Positions 41,965-54,036 are shown, counted from the first letter of the stretch. The stretch is 61,229 nt of DNA from Meiothermus sp. (GCA_033762915.1 JANRLD010000057.1:1-61229), one strand, 5' to 3'. Notes: a model not told the origin generated them from the letters alone. Translations and numbers: made by a program.

Positions 41965-42504
41965 TCAGGGGAGCCTTGAGACCCCCGTTATCCTGACCGG
42001 CTCGAGTATCCACTGCCCCTGTACGGGCGGGGTGTCGCCCCCGGTGGCAGCCGCCTGGATCGCCCGCACCACCTCCATGCCCCGCGTCACCCGCCCGAAC
42101 GCGGCAAACCCCTGGCCGTCGGGATTGCGCCTGCCCCCGAAGTCCAGCTCGGGCTGCTCGCCGATGCAGATGAAGAACTCGGAGTGGGCCGAGTCAGGCT
42201 CGAGCCGCGCCATCGAGATGGTTCCCTCGAGGTGCTTGAGCCCGGTGTGTGCGGTGGTCTCCTGGGCGATGGGGGGAAGCTTGGCGTGGTGCGCCTCCAT
42301 CCCCAGCCCGCCCTGGATCACCTCGATCTTGACTGGGCTCTGGGCCTGGTTGTCGAGCCGCACGGCGCGGTAGAAAGTAGCCCCCTGGTAGCGCCCCTCG
42401 TCCACGTAGCGCAGAAAGTTGGCGACGGTGACGGGGGCTTGGGCGGGGTAGAGCTCGAGTTCGATCTCGCCGAGGTCTGTGCGGATAAGGATTGTTGGGT
42501 TCAT
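41965..42504 (-). CDS. Cyclophilin-type peptidyl-prolyl isomerase
   Basis: APVTVANF, VIQGG, GTISMAR, SEFFI, AAFGRV. Confidence 0.93.
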   Translation of the reverse strand: MNPTILIRTDLGEIELELYPAQAPVTVANFLRYVDEGRYQGATFYRAVRLDNQAQSPVKIEVIQGGLGMEAHHAKLPPIAQETTAHTGLKHLEGTISMARLEPDSAHSEFFICIGEQPELDFGGRRNPDGQGFAAFGRVTRGMEVVRAIQAAATGGDTPPVQGQWILEPVRITGVSRLP

Positions 42505-42622
42505 AGTCGAAGGCTGGGGGGTTGGGGGCTGGTGGTCGAAGGCGGGTCAGGGTGGCTGGGCGGTCTCGGGACGACGAGTCAAGCGTATCAGGGAATTGCG
42601 GGGCCTCGAGGCGGCTCCTCCC

Positions 42623-43489
42623 TCACGGCCCGCGGAAAGCCTGCACCCGCTGCTCGATCCACCCCCGCACGTCCTCCATCAGCTTGGGGGCGTCGTAGTC
42701 GTTGTGGACCTCGTGGAGGTTGCCGGGGTAGAGCTTCAGCTCCTTGTCTGCCGAGCCGACGCCGCCGACCCAGCCTTGCACACCCTGGGGCAGGTTCATG
42801 CGGTCTGCTCCGCCGTGAACCAGCAGTAGGGGGACCTGGATTCTGCCGGCCTGGGTCTTGACGCGCTCCACCGCCGCCATGGCTTCGGTGCCCCAGCGCA
42901 CCGAGACGGCGTTGTGGGTCAGGGGGTCGGCGTCGAAGGCGGTCTGCACGGCGGGGTCTCGAGACAGGTTCCCCGTGGTCCCATCCCCGAACGGCACCGA
43001 AAAGGTGGGGACAATGCCCGACAGCACCTTTGCCAGCAGCACCTTGGCCGGCGGGGCGACACTCCCCGGCTGGATGGGCGCCCCGCTGATGACCGCGCCG
43101 GCGACGTCTTTGGGCTGGTGCAGCAGGTACTCGAGGGCGATCAGGGCCCCCATGCTGTGGGCGTAAAGGAAGACTGGGGCTGGGGTCTGGCTGCGAACGT
43201 AGGCCACGAGGCGCTCGAGGTCGCCCCGGTACTCGTCCCAGGCCATGATGTGTCCGCGCTGCCCTGGGGAGCGCCCATGGCCCCGGTGGTCGTAGCTGTA
43301 GACGGCAATGCCGTGGGGCACCAGGGCGTTCACCAGGTTAGCGTAGCGCCCGGAGTGCTCGCCGTAGCCGTGTACCAGCACCAGCGCGGCCTTTGCGGCG
43401 CTGCCAGAGCCGGCGCCGTCGGGGAGCCAGCTCTGGGTGAAGAGGCGCAGGCCGCCCGCGCCCTCGAGGGTGGACTGGGTGTGTTGCAT
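42623..43489 (-). CDS. Lysophospholipase/monoglyceride-lipase-like alpha/beta hydrolase
   Basis: VHGYGEHSGRY, DHRGHGRS, AHSMG, HEVHN. Confidence 0.9.
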   Translation of the reverse strand: MQHTQSTLEGAGGLRLFTQSWLPDGAGSGSAAKAALVLVHGYGEHSGRYANLVNALVPHGIAVYSYDHRGHGRSPGQRGHIMAWDEYRGDLERLVAYVRSQTPAPVFLYAHSMGALIALEYLLHQPKDVAGAVISGAPIQPGSVAPPAKVLLAKVLSGIVPTFSVPFGDGTTGNLSRDPAVQTAFDADPLTHNAVSVRWGTEAMAAVERVKTQAGRIQVPLLLVHGGADRMNLPQGVQGWVGGVGSADKELKLYPGNLHEVHNDYDAPKLMEDVRGWIEQRVQAFRGP

Positions 43490-43985
43490 TACCACTGTTT
43501 TACCACAGCGGGGTCCCGTCCCGGGGCACCTGTGGCGGTTCAAGGGGGGACTCCGGCCGTGCCGAGCGCCACACGCCGGGGCCGGGGTTTGTTGTGACGC
43601 AGGCCAGCACAAGAGACTCAACCGCTGCGAGCTCGCAGCCCGGAAGGTTGGCCATGGTTGAACTCGAGCTGTGGGGAAGGCGGGGCCCCACACGGCCCCG
43701 AAGGGGTGCGCCAACCTGGGTGAGGCGAACCGAGCCAGGTCTTCGAATCAAGGGGCAGACCGCGCTTTGTGCGGCGCTGCTCCTCCGAGCGTTTTCTGAG
43801 GTCTCCTGTAGCGTGTGGGGTTATCGCCGGACGCACGTTAGGAGTACAATGTGTGGTTAGGGCTTTATGAGCCGCCTTTATCTACCCAGCACCCATTCCC
43901 TCATGACGGCTTTAGTACCATAGACTCAAGCTAAGTGCGTCTGCCCAAAGGTGAGATTACTTAGCATCTTAAGGAGGAATCCCGC

Positions 43986-45845
43986 TTGCCAACCCGCATC
44001 AATCCCTGGAGTCTGCTGATCGTGGTGATCCTGGCCTACTGGCTGTTCACGCTTTTCAGCGGGGGGGCCACCAACCGCCCCACGGTCTCCTACAGCGACT
44101 TTATCTCCTACGTGACCACCGGGCGTGTCACGGAGGTGCGCCTGAGCGAGGGCCGCATCAGCGGCACCTTCCGCGAGCCGCAGCGCATTACCAGCGGGAA
44201 CCGCGAGACCACCACGACCGAGTTTACCGTGGTGGCGCTGCCCTCCGGCTTCAGCGACCCCCAGTTCACCGCGCTGTTGCGCGAGAACCAGGTCGAGATC
44301 CGCAACGTGCCGCCCAACTGGCTCCAGGTCTGGGGGCCGATCCTGCTCCCGATCCTGCTGCTGATCGGCTTCTGGTACTTCTTCTTCATGCGGGCGCAGG
44401 GCGGGGCCGGGCAGGTCATGCAGTTCGGCCAGAGCCGCGCCCGGATGTACGGCAAGGAGAAGCGGGTCAACACCACCTTTAAGGATGTGGCCGGGCACAA
44501 CGAGGCCAAGCGCGAACTGATGGAGGTGGTGGACTTCCTCAAGAACCCCCAGAAGTACATCGCCATCGGCGCCGAAATCCCCAAGGGGGTGCTGCTGGTG
44601 GGGCCTCCGGGCACCGGTAAGACCCTGCTGACCCGGGCTGTCGCCGGTGAGGCGGGGGTGCCGTTCTTCTCGGTGAGCGCCTCGGAGTTCATGGAGATGT
44701 TTGTGGGCGTGGGTGCGAGCCGGGTCCGTACCCTCTTCGACGAGGCCCGCAAGAACGCCCCGGCCATCATCTTCATCGACGAGCTCGACTCCATCGGGCG
44801 CAAGCGCGGGGCGGGTATTGGTGGCGGCCACGACGAGCGCGAGCAAACCCTCAACCAGATTCTCTCGGAGATGGACGGCTTCGAGAAGGACGCCAGCGTG
44901 ATCATCCTGGCTGCAACCAACCGCCCGGACATCCTCGACGCCGCGCTGCTGCGCCCGGGGCGCTTTGACCGGCAGGTGGTGGTGGGGCTCCCGACCCTCG
45001 AGGAGCGCCGCGAGATTTTGGAAGTCCACATGCGCGGCAAGAAGTTCAACCCAGACGTGGTCTCGATGGACATCGCCCGCCTGACCCACGGGATGAGCGT
45101 GGCCGACCTGAAAATCGTGGTCACCGAGGCGGCGCTGCAAGCGGCCCGGCGCGGCGGCAGCGAGATCAACAAGACCGACTTCCAGACCGCCCTCGACAAG
45201 ATCATTCTGGGCCTCGAGCGCGGCACCCTGAAGCTCTCCGACGCCGAGAAGCGGGCGGTGGCCTTCCACGAGGCTGGCCACGCCATTGCGGGCGAGGTGT
45301 TGCCTTACGCCGACAAGACCGAGAAGGTCTCCATTGTGCCCCGGGGCATGGCGCTGGGGGTGCGCTGGAGCCGTCCCGAGGAGCGCATCCTGATGAGTAA
45401 GGAGCACCTCGAGGACTCCCTGGCCATGACCCTGGCGGGCCGCGCCGCCGAGGAAATTTTCGTCGGCACCATCACCACCGGGGCCTCCAACGACTTTAAG
45501 CAGGCCACCGGTATGGCCAAGCAGATGGTGCTGGACTGGGGCATGGGCGACCACTTCAAGAACGTGGCCTGGGGCTCCAACAGCGGCCCGATCTTTCTGG
45601 GCGAGGACATCGCCAAGAAGCAGGATCACTCCGAGGAAACCAGCCGCCTCATTGACTCCGACATCCAGGCCATCCTGGACAGGGCCTACGAGAAGGCTAA
45701 GCAGACCCTCTCGGCCAACGCCGCCGCCATGCACCATCTGGCCGAGGAACTGCTCAACACCGAGATCGTCCAGGGCGAGCGCGTCCGCGAGATCATCGCA
45801 CAGGCCAAGCAACCCGAGGCGGTCGTGGCAATCTCGAAGGAGTAG
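43986..45845 (+). CDS. ftsH: ATP-dependent zinc metalloprotease FtsH
   Basis: Two TM helices, [11 protein letters not shown] pore, [24 protein letters not shown] start after AAGGAGG. Confidence 0.96.
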   Translation: MPTRINPWSLLIVVILAYWLFTLFSGGATNRPTVSYSDFISYVTTGRVTEVRLSEGRISGTFREPQRITSGNRETTTTEFTVVALPSGFSDPQFTALLRENQVEIRNVPPNWLQVWGPILLPILLLIGFWYFFFMRAQGGAGQVMQFGQSRARMYGKEKRVNTTFKDVAGHNEAKRELMEVVDFLKNPQKYIAIGAEIPKGVLLVGPPGTGKTLLTRAVAGEAGVPFFSVSASEFMEMFVGVGASRVRTLFDEARKNAPAIIFIDELDSIGRKRGAGIGGGHDEREQTLNQILSEMDGFEKDASVIILAATNRPDILDAALLRPGRFDRQVVVGLPTLEERREILEVHMRGKKFNPDVVSMDIARLTHGMSVADLKIVVTEAALQAARRGGSEINKTDFQTALDKIILGLERGTLKLSDAEKRAVAFHEAGHAIAGEVLPYADKTEKVSIVPRGMALGVRWSRPEERILMSKEHLEDSLAMTLAGRAAEEIFVGTITTGASNDFKQATGMAKQMVLDWGMGDHFKNVAWGSNSGPIFLGEDIAKKQDHSEETSRLIDSDIQAILDRAYEKAKQTLSANAAAMHHLAEELLNTEIVQGERVREIIAQAKQPEAVVAISKE

Positions 45846-45852
45846 GCCGCAG

Positions 45853-45932
45853 CTCGAGGGTCGAAGGTCGTTGGAGGGTAACCCGCGACCTTCGACCCTC
45901 TTCCTTTGACCCTTGACCCGCGACCCGCGACC
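45853..45932. repeat. Heptamer-derived hairpin plus tandem heptamers
   Basis: GAGGGTCGAAGGTCG/CGACCTTCGACCCTC, then ttgaccc ttgaccc gcgaccc gcgacc. Confidence 0.75.
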
Positions 45933-45947
45933 GGCGACATCCTAACC

Positions 45948-47078
45948 ATGCCCAGCCTCCCTGGCGTCTACGTCCACGTCCCCTTCTGCCCCACCATATG
46001 CCCCTACTGCGACTTCCACGTGGTTCGGCGGCACGGGGGCGTGGTGGGGGCGTACCTCGAGCGCCTGACCCAAGAAGCCCAGCAGTTGTTCGAGCAGTAT
46101 CCCGACGCCCTCCAGACCCTCTACTTTGGCGGTGGAACCCCCAGTTTTCTGCGGAACAGCGAACTCGAGGCCCTCCGCGCCGCCCTGCCTTGGGACGTTT
46201 CCGAGGCCGAGGTGACGATGGAGGCCAACCCCGGCACCCTCAACTTAGGGCGGGCACAGTTGCTCAAAGATCTGGGCATCAACCGGCTCTCGCTGGGGGT
46301 GCAGAGCTTCGACGACCGGGTGCTCAAAACCTTGGGCCGTGCCCACGCGCGCAGGGGGGCCCTGCAGGCGGTAGAACTGGCCTTGGGGCAGGGCTTCCGC
46401 ACCTCGGTGGACCTGATCCTGGGCCTGCCCGGTCAGGACTTTGCGCAAGACCTGCGCCAGGCCGCCGAGTTGGGCGTGGGGCACGTCTCGGCCTACACCT
46501 TGCAGGTCGAGCCCGGCACCCCCTTTGAGGTGGGGCAGGTGCGGGTGGACGAGGACCTCGAGGCCGCCGCCTTCGAGCAGGCCGAGCAGATTCTGGGTGG
46601 GGCAGGCTTCCGCCGCTACGAGGTCTCCAACTTCGCCCTGCCGGGCCAGGAGAGCCGCCACAACCTGCTCTACTGGCGTTCTAGCTTCTGGGGGGCGCTG
46701 GGGCCGAGCGCGGTGGGGTTCTATCCCAACCCGAGCTTCACCCGAGATGGGGTCTTCGCCTTCCGCCGCAAGAACCCGCCGCTTCCGCGCTGGCTGGCGG
46801 GCGAAGCGCCCAGCCTCGAGGTAGTGAGCGCCCTCGAGTTCGCCAAGGAGGCCCTGATGCTGGGCCTGCGGACCTTGCAGCCGCTCGATCTGGCCGAGCT
46901 TGAGGGCAAAACCGGGCTGGCGGTCGCGCGGCCGCTCGAGCCGATGCTGGGCCGACTTGAGGGGGAGGGCTTGCTGGAGTACGACCGCCCCCGGCTCCGC
47001 GTCACCCCTCGAGGTCGCGCCATCCTGCACACCCTGGTGCTGAGGCTCTGGGAGGCGCTCGAGCCCGGCCCGGCCTGA
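45948..47078 (+). CDS. hemW: Radical SAM heme chaperone (HemN-like)
   Basis: YVHVPFCPTICPYCDF, GGGTPS, YEVSNFA, HNLLYW. Confidence 0.9.
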   Translation: MPSLPGVYVHVPFCPTICPYCDFHVVRRHGGVVGAYLERLTQEAQQLFEQYPDALQTLYFGGGTPSFLRNSELEALRAALPWDVSEAEVTMEANPGTLNLGRAQLLKDLGINRLSLGVQSFDDRVLKTLGRAHARRGALQAVELALGQGFRTSVDLILGLPGQDFAQDLRQAAELGVGHVSAYTLQVEPGTPFEVGQVRVDEDLEAAAFEQAEQILGGAGFRRYEVSNFALPGQESRHNLLYWRSSFWGALGPSAVGFYPNPSFTRDGVFAFRRKNPPLPRWLAGEAPSLEVVSALEFAKEALMLGLRTLQPLDLAELEGKTGLAVARPLEPMLGRLEGEGLLEYDRPRLRVTPRGRAILHTLVLRLWEALEPGPA

Positions 47079-47264
47079 TCGCGTTTCCCACCGTTGCGCC
47101 AGGGTAGACGTGCGAAATCGGCGGAAGCGGCTACCCGAGGTGCAATCCCCTGCGGGAGCTGGCGGACGAAATTTCGCATTCCAATTATGGAGACGCTCAA
47201 TCTACTCCTTTCAGCAAAAACCGCCCGCTTTAGCGCTGTAGGGAGTATGCGTGGGAACCGCTCT
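47076..47264. mobile_element. Family-B copy B4 enclosing an inverted family-A copy (A5, about 47092-47198)
   Basis: TGATCGCGTTTCCCACC [GTTGCGCCAGGG...TTATGGAGACGCTC] ...GCAAAAACCGCCCGCTTTAGCGCTGTAGGGAGTATGCGTGGGAACCGCTCT. Confidence 0.75.
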
Positions 47265-47496
47265 GAGTTGCGCGGGTAGATTGCACCACCGGCAACCACG
47301 GCGTTGGGCGGTTGGGCAAAGTTTCAGGCGCAACCGCACGTCTTTGGCCCCATCTCGCGCCTCCGCTATTGGGGATGCTCAAACCTCAAGCCTGATGTGA
47401 AGGCCGGCCCCCAAGGCCGGCCTAAGTGCATTTACCTCGAGCCACCCGCTCGAGGTAAGGGTAACCTGAGGGGTGTTATACGGGCGTGATATTCGG

Positions 47497-47525
47497 TTGC
47501 CAGGGGCCGGTGTTTGTGCTAAAGT
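47497..47525 (+). promoter_or_regulatory. tRNA promoter
   Basis: TTGCCA-17 nt-TAAAGT with extended TG. Confidence 0.7.
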
Positions 47526-47539
47526 TTCTCTTCGGCCCC

Positions 47540-47631
47540 GGAGGGGTGCCAGAGTGGTTGAATGGGCCGGTCTCGAAAACCGGAATAGGGGGTTCCTCCT
47601 ATCGAGGGTTCGAATCCCTCCTCCTCCGCCA
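47540..47631 (+). tRNA. tRNA-Ser (anticodon CGA)
   Basis: GGAGGGG/CTCCTCC acceptor, CCGGT-CTCGAAA-ACCGG anticodon arm, long variable arm, TTCGAAT T-loop, G discriminator and CCA. Confidence 0.96.
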
Positions 47632-47634
47632 GCA

Positions 47635-47665
47635 GAAAAGCCACGCCGGGTGCGTGGCTTTTTCC
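47635..47665. terminator. Bidirectional intrinsic terminator
   Basis: AAAAGCCACGC-CGGGT-GCGTGGCTTTTT. Confidence 0.85.
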
Positions 47666-47715
47666 ATGTGCGGTCTTGCCTGGGAGGGCGCCCTCCCGGG
47701 CTGGGCCTATGGCGC

Positions 47716-48615
47716 CTACCCGCCGGACAGCGCGGCCCTGAAGAAGGCTCGAGCCCGCGTCATCAGGGTCGTGTAGTTGGCCCCCTGGAAGCTGTGGCCC
47801 GCGCCCTGGTAGGTGAAGCAGGCGTGGCGCACCTCGGCCTTGGCGAGCGCGGCGCAGATCTCGCCCGACCAGCGGTAGGGGGTCTGGGTGTCGGCGGTGC
47901 CGTGATGAACCTGCACCCGGGCGCGGATGCGCCCGAAGTAGTTGATGGGGGAGACCTGGCTGAGGTCCTGGTTGATCTCGCCGCAGCCCCTGGTGCGTCC
48001 CGAGAATACGAAGCAGATCTGCCGGGCGTTCTGGTTGTCGTTGCCGTGCATGGTGCCGTAGAGCAGTACGCCCCCGATCCGGGGGTCGAGCACCGCCACC
48101 CGCTGGGCGATGCCGCCCCCCATACTGTGGCCCATCAGCCCGATTTGTTCGGTGGCCTTGGCGAGGCTGCCGCGCCCTGCCCCCGAGCGCACGATGGCGG
48201 CGAGGTCGAGGATCTCTCTGGCGTAGAGCACCCTCGAGGCCCCCGTTTCGGGGCGGCCCTGCGAGAGCCCGTGGCCGCGCAGGTTGGGGTGGATGGTCAC
48301 GAAGCCCGCCCTGGCCAGGTTATCGGCGTAGCGGGTGGTGTAGGCGAGGGTGCGGTAGGTGGCCGGGTTGACGTAGCCGTGGATCACGATCACCACCGGG
48401 AAGCGCCCCGCCGCCCTGGGCACGTTCATAAAGCCGTATAGGGTCAGCCCGTCGGAGGGGTAGCGCACCAGATAGCGGGTGAAGGCGGCGTTGGACTCCA
48501 TCGTCCGCACCACCTCGAGGCTCCCCCCGCCGTAGGTGAGCCGGGAAAGTTCGGGAATGGTGGCCTGGGCCTGGGCCAGCCCAAGCAGCGTTAGGATCGC
48601 GATCAGAAGTCGCAT
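47716..48615 (-). CDS. Secreted alpha/beta hydrolase (S9-like)
   Basis: Signal peptide, IHGY, GHSMGG, HGTAD, GAGHSF. Confidence 0.88.
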   Translation of the reverse strand: MRLLIAILTLLGLAQAQATIPELSRLTYGGGSLEVVRTMESNAAFTRYLVRYPSDGLTLYGFMNVPRAAGRFPVVIVIHGYVNPATYRTLAYTTRYADNLARAGFVTIHPNLRGHGLSQGRPETGASRVLYAREILDLAAIVRSGAGRGSLAKATEQIGLMGHSMGGGIAQRVAVLDPRIGGVLLYGTMHGNDNQNARQICFVFSGRTRGCGEINQDLSQVSPINYFGRIRARVQVHHGTADTQTPYRWSGEICAALAKAEVRHACFTYQGAGHSFQGANYTTLMTRARAFFRAALSGG

Positions 48616-48868
48616 GGATAGACGCTATTGGGTTTTGGTTAGAAGAGGGGAAGAGGGGCGGGGAGCAACGTCAAAGGTGGGAAAACCAGAAGGAGGAAAG
48701 AGGGTGAGGTCGAAGGCTCCAAGTTGCGCCAGGGCGAATCTGCGAGATGGGTGGGGGCAACAGTACATGACCTGCCGCCGCGAGGGAGGGAATGGGGGGA
48801 AACGCCATGAGCCCGGATAAGTGTCCCAGCGCCAAGAGCCGCACTTGGAAAAGCTCTAGACTGCGGCC

Positions 48869-49225
48869 ATGAACATGCCAAAGCTGACATTGAACATCGG
48901 GGTTGCGATGGTGGCACTGGGGCTGGTGGCGTATCTGGCTTCCGGGATGGCCAGCGCGACGGCGCTGATTCCCGCCTTTCTAGGTGCGGTTCTGGCTGGG
49001 CTGGGCTGGGTAGCGCAGACCAACGAGGGGCTGCGGCGGCACGCGATCCACGGGGCCCTGCTGATCGCCCTGGTGGCGGTGCTGGGCAGTCTGCGGGTGT
49101 TCGGGATGCTGGGGGGCGGCCTCAGCATCGCAGTGGTTTCGCAACTGCTGATGCTGGTGCTGGGTCTGGCGCTGCTGATTCCGGGTGTGCAGTCGTTCGT
49201 GCAGGCCCGGCGGAAGGCCCGCTGA
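48869..49225 (+). CDS. Four-TM small membrane protein (TALIP motif)
   Basis: Hydrophobic; TAGACT -10 upstream; paralogue of the next gene. Confidence 0.8.
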   Translation: MNMPKLTLNIGVAMVALGLVAYLASGMASATALIPAFLGAVLAGLGWVAQTNEGLRRHAIHGALLIALVAVLGSLRVFGMLGGGLSIAVVSQLLMLVLGLALLIPGVQSFVQARRKAR

Positions 49226-49602
49226 TGGGCAGGGCGCTCTCTGCCAGGGCGCTGTGGACGGGCGTCTTCTTGATTCTGATCTCGATTGTCGCGGTCAGCG
49301 CGACCAACCTAACCCCCACCGCCCTGATTCCGGGCCTGCTGGGGCTGGGCATTGCGGTGCTGGGCATCGTGGCGGACAAGAACCCCCAGGTCAAAACCCT
49401 TGCTATGAACGTCGCGCTGGGGTTGGCGGTGCTGGGCATCCTGGGCTCGCTGCGCGGCATTCCCGACTTCATCACCATTCTGACCGGTGGCACCGCCGAG
49501 CGCCCGGTGGCCGCGATGGCCCAGTTCGCCACGGTCTTCATCTGCCTGGGCTTCGTGACCCGCTGGTTTCTGGAGCGCAACCGCGAGAAGACAAAGGGGT
49601 AG
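49225..49602 (+). CDS. Four-TM small membrane protein, paralogue of the previous gene
   Basis: TALIP and LGSLR shared; TGATG coupling. Confidence 0.8.
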   Translation: MGRALSARALWTGVFLILISIVAVSATNLTPTALIPGLLGLGIAVLGIVADKNPQVKTLAMNVALGLAVLGILGSLRGIPDFITILTGGTAERPVAAMAQFATVFICLGFVTRWFLERNREKTKG

Positions 49603-49669
49603 GCTCGAGCCTGCTTCTTGCCACGTCTCCTTCATCGAACCTAAATCAAAACTTGACAAGCTAGCTCCG

Positions 49670-50314
49670 ATGCGCTTAATTTTGCTGACCGCCTTACTGC
49701 TGGGTTTCGGATTGGCCCAGAGAATCATTCCCACCCAACCCTACAACCCCGGCCCCGACTGCCGCCCGGCCCCTGCCCCCCGCACCCTGGCCCAGCAGTC
49801 GGTCTGGGAGGAGTGGCCGGGGTACAGGGAGAAACTCGAGGAATACCAGGCTTACCTGCCCCTCGAGCCCGACCGTACCTTGCTGATGCCGGTGCGGGGC
49901 ATCCAGTTATGGCAGGTCGCCGACACCTTCGGGGCGCAGCGCACCAACCGCCGCCTGCATGAGGGGCAGGACATCTTTGCCCGCGTGGGGACGCCGGTCT
50001 ACTCGGCCACCAGCGGCTTCGTCTTGCGGATGGCCAACGGCAGGCTGGGTGGCCTGCAAATCTTTGTTGCGGGCGCGGGCGGGCGGCGCTACTACTACGC
50101 CCACTTCAGCCGCTTCGCCTCCGGACTGAAGGAGGGCGACTTCGTGACCCCCGAGACCCTGCTGGGCTATGTGGGCAACACCGGTCTGGCCCGCACCACC
50201 CCCGCCCACCTGCACTTCGGCATCTACCTGGGGGGCCGCCTGAGCTGCGACTACCGTGCCCTCGACCCGCTGCCCTTGCTGCGAAACCGCGACTGGCGGA
50301 TGCTAGGGCCATAG
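49670..50314 (+). CDS. M23 metallopeptidase (secreted)
   Basis: HEGQD, YYAH, GNTG, HLH. Confidence 0.92.
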   Translation: MRLILLTALLLGFGLAQRIIPTQPYNPGPDCRPAPAPRTLAQQSVWEEWPGYREKLEEYQAYLPLEPDRTLLMPVRGIQLWQVADTFGAQRTNRRLHEGQDIFARVGTPVYSATSGFVLRMANGRLGGLQIFVAGAGGRRYYYAHFSRFASGLKEGDFVTPETLLGYVGNTGLARTTPAHLHFGIYLGGRLSCDYRALDPLPLLRNRDWRMLGP

Positions 50315-50340
50315 GCGAAGACGGAGAAGCGAGGGGGGAC

Positions 50341-50404
50341 AGCGGTTCCCACGAATACCACGCCCGCAGAGACTCGGATGTGAGGCGTAATGGTGGGAAC
50401 CGCT
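50341..50404. mobile_element. Minimal family-B copy B5
   Basis: AGCGGTTCCCAC...GTGGGAACCGCT perfect 12-bp inverted ends. Confidence 0.65.
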
Positions 50405-50519
50405 GTGAGGAGAGAAAAACTACCCGCATCCGGTTCTGGCTCTCCTCGCTGGTTCTGAGCGCTGACCGGACTCTGGAATAACCTTGTATTAATCGCTGTT
50501 GGCTACCCTGGGTCTGACT

Positions 50520-51110
50520 GTGCGCTTAGTCCTTGCTGTGCTTCTGCTGACCCTGGTGGCCTGCTTCCCTGTGCGCGAAGAGGGGAGCCAGCCGGAGACC
50601 CCCAATACGGCCGAAACCGAGTCGCCCGGCTCGGGCTGGACGGCTTTCGACGACTATAGCCGGCTGATGGCCATGCGGCCTGACGGCAAGGTGATGATGC
50701 CGGTGCGCGGGGTGCAGGTGCGCCAGGTCGCCGACACCTTCGGGGCTCCCAGGGGTGGCGGGCGGCTGCACGAGGGGCAGGATATTTTTGCCAGGAAGGG
50801 CACGCCGGTCTACTCGGCCACTGAGGGCATCGTGACCCGGATGGGTTACGGCCAGCTCGGGGGCATCTACGTCTATGTGATGGGGCCGGGTGGGCGGCGC
50901 TACTACTACGCCCACCTGGACAAGTACGCCGACGGCCTCGAGGAGGGCGACCTGGTGACTCCCCAGACCCGCCTGGGCTATGTGGGCAACACCGGCAACG
51001 CCCGCACTACCCCGCCGCACCTGCACTTCGGCGTCTACGGAAACTGGTGGAGCAGCGACGAGCGGGTGATCAATCCGCTGCCGCTGATGCAAGACCGGCA
51101 GTGGCGGTAA
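50520..51110 (+). CDS. M23 metallopeptidase lipoprotein
   Basis: Lipobox LVAC; HEGQD, YYAH, HLH; start uncertain (50499 or 50520). Confidence 0.9.
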   Translation: MRLVLAVLLLTLVACFPVREEGSQPETPNTAETESPGSGWTAFDDYSRLMAMRPDGKVMMPVRGVQVRQVADTFGAPRGGGRLHEGQDIFARKGTPVYSATEGIVTRMGYGQLGGIYVYVMGPGGRRYYYAHLDKYADGLEEGDLVTPQTRLGYVGNTGNARTTPPHLHFGVYGNWWSSDERVINPLPLMQDRQWR

Positions 51111-51260
51111 GTGTTTGGGTAGTTGAACTGCGAGATACCGCCCCCAAACGCCCGCGGAATTGCGCCCCGGGTAGCCGCTCCGCGGCTATGGCGTAAGCCA
51201 CTCCGCCCAGGAACGTCACTACTGCCCTCTGATCTCGCAGACTCGCCCCGGCGCAACATA
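51108..51260 (+). mobile_element. Family-A repeat, copy A6
   Basis: TAAGTGTTTGGGTAGTTGAACTGCGA...GGAATTGCGCCCCGGGTAGCCG...CTCGCAGACTCGCCCCGGCGCAAC. Confidence 0.7.
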
Positions 51261-51348
51261 ACACCGACTGCAGGCGCAAGGCGGGCAGCACACAGGCGGT
51301 AAGCGTCGCGCTGTAGGGACTCGTGAATCCCTACGGCGCGACAGGCGG

Positions 51349-52253
<905 letters not shown>

Positions 52254-52266
52254 ACCCCGGCGTAAG

Positions 52267-53496
<1,230 letters not shown>

Positions 53497-53705
53497 GAGG
53501 TCTCCTGGGTTGAGGGGAGAGGGGAAAGGGAGAAACTGGGCGCGGAACGAGGAAAGAGGCGCCGTGTAGGGCCAATGCCCTGGGATTGGGCCGCGCCGGG
53601 GTCGCCAGTTCTCTGTGTCTGTGTCGTTCCGGGGTAACGGAGCGAGGCGTAGCTGCAGTTCGCGGTTCTTGCGACGGGGAATCCTTCGACTCATGGCCCA
53701 TCGCC

Positions 53706-53737
53706 AAAACAAAAAACCTCGAGGCCAGACCTCGAGA
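53706..53737 (-). terminator. trp attenuator terminator
   Basis: Minus strand CTCGAGG-TCTGG-CCTCGAG followed by GTTTTTTGTTTT, about 20 nt after the leader stop. Confidence 0.8.
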
Positions 53738-53757
53738 TCACGCCCGAACGCCGAACT

Positions 53758-53853
53758 TTAGAAGTACACGACTTCGCCGCGCAGCACACGGGCCGGGCCA
53801 CGCCACCACTTCTGGTGGTGCCACTTGTAGCTGCGGGGGGTGCGCGGACGCAT
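53758..53853 (-). CDS. trpL: trp leader peptide MRPRTPRSYKWHHQKWWRGPARVLRGEVVYF
   Basis: 31 aa with three Trp (tandem WW-R) upstream of the terminator and trpBA. Confidence 0.85.
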   Translation of the reverse strand: MRPRTPRSYKWHHQKWWRGPARVLRGEVVYF

Positions 53854-53859
53854 GGTTTT

Positions 53860-53889
53860 AAGGTAGCAAGCTTTCCTTCATTTCGTCAA
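53860..53889 (-). promoter_or_regulatory. trp promoter (leaderless transcript)
   Basis: TTGACG-18 nt-TACCTT-6 nt-ATG. Confidence 0.7.
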
Positions 53890-54036
53890 GATTGCGGGTG
53901 GGGTTGCGCTGAACGCCAATGAGGGATTCTTGCCGCTTGCCGGGTGTCGGGGAGGGCAGGGGCAAAAAAGCTTATACCGGTAGAGCATGAATTTCAGCAG
54001 CGCACTTCAGAAGCAGTTGCGGTAGAGTTGCGGGGT

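Noticed and set aside
43500..43830. 6S RNA or SRP RNA
   Set aside because: CTTGAACC and CCGGAAGG fragments are present, but I could not build the required secondary structures
45070..45135. Inactive FtsH because of the atypical THGMSVADL segment
   Set aside because: Walker A/B, pore, arginine finger and HEXXH motifs are all intact
20146..47264. Family-B ends (GTTCCCACGCATACTCCC) and 12-bp triplications as CRISPR repeats
   Set aside because: Dispersed, no regular repeat-spacer array, no cas genes
53497..53712. 72-aa N-terminal extension of TrpB
   Set aside because: Begins within the attenuator U-tract; a good RBS precedes ATG 53496
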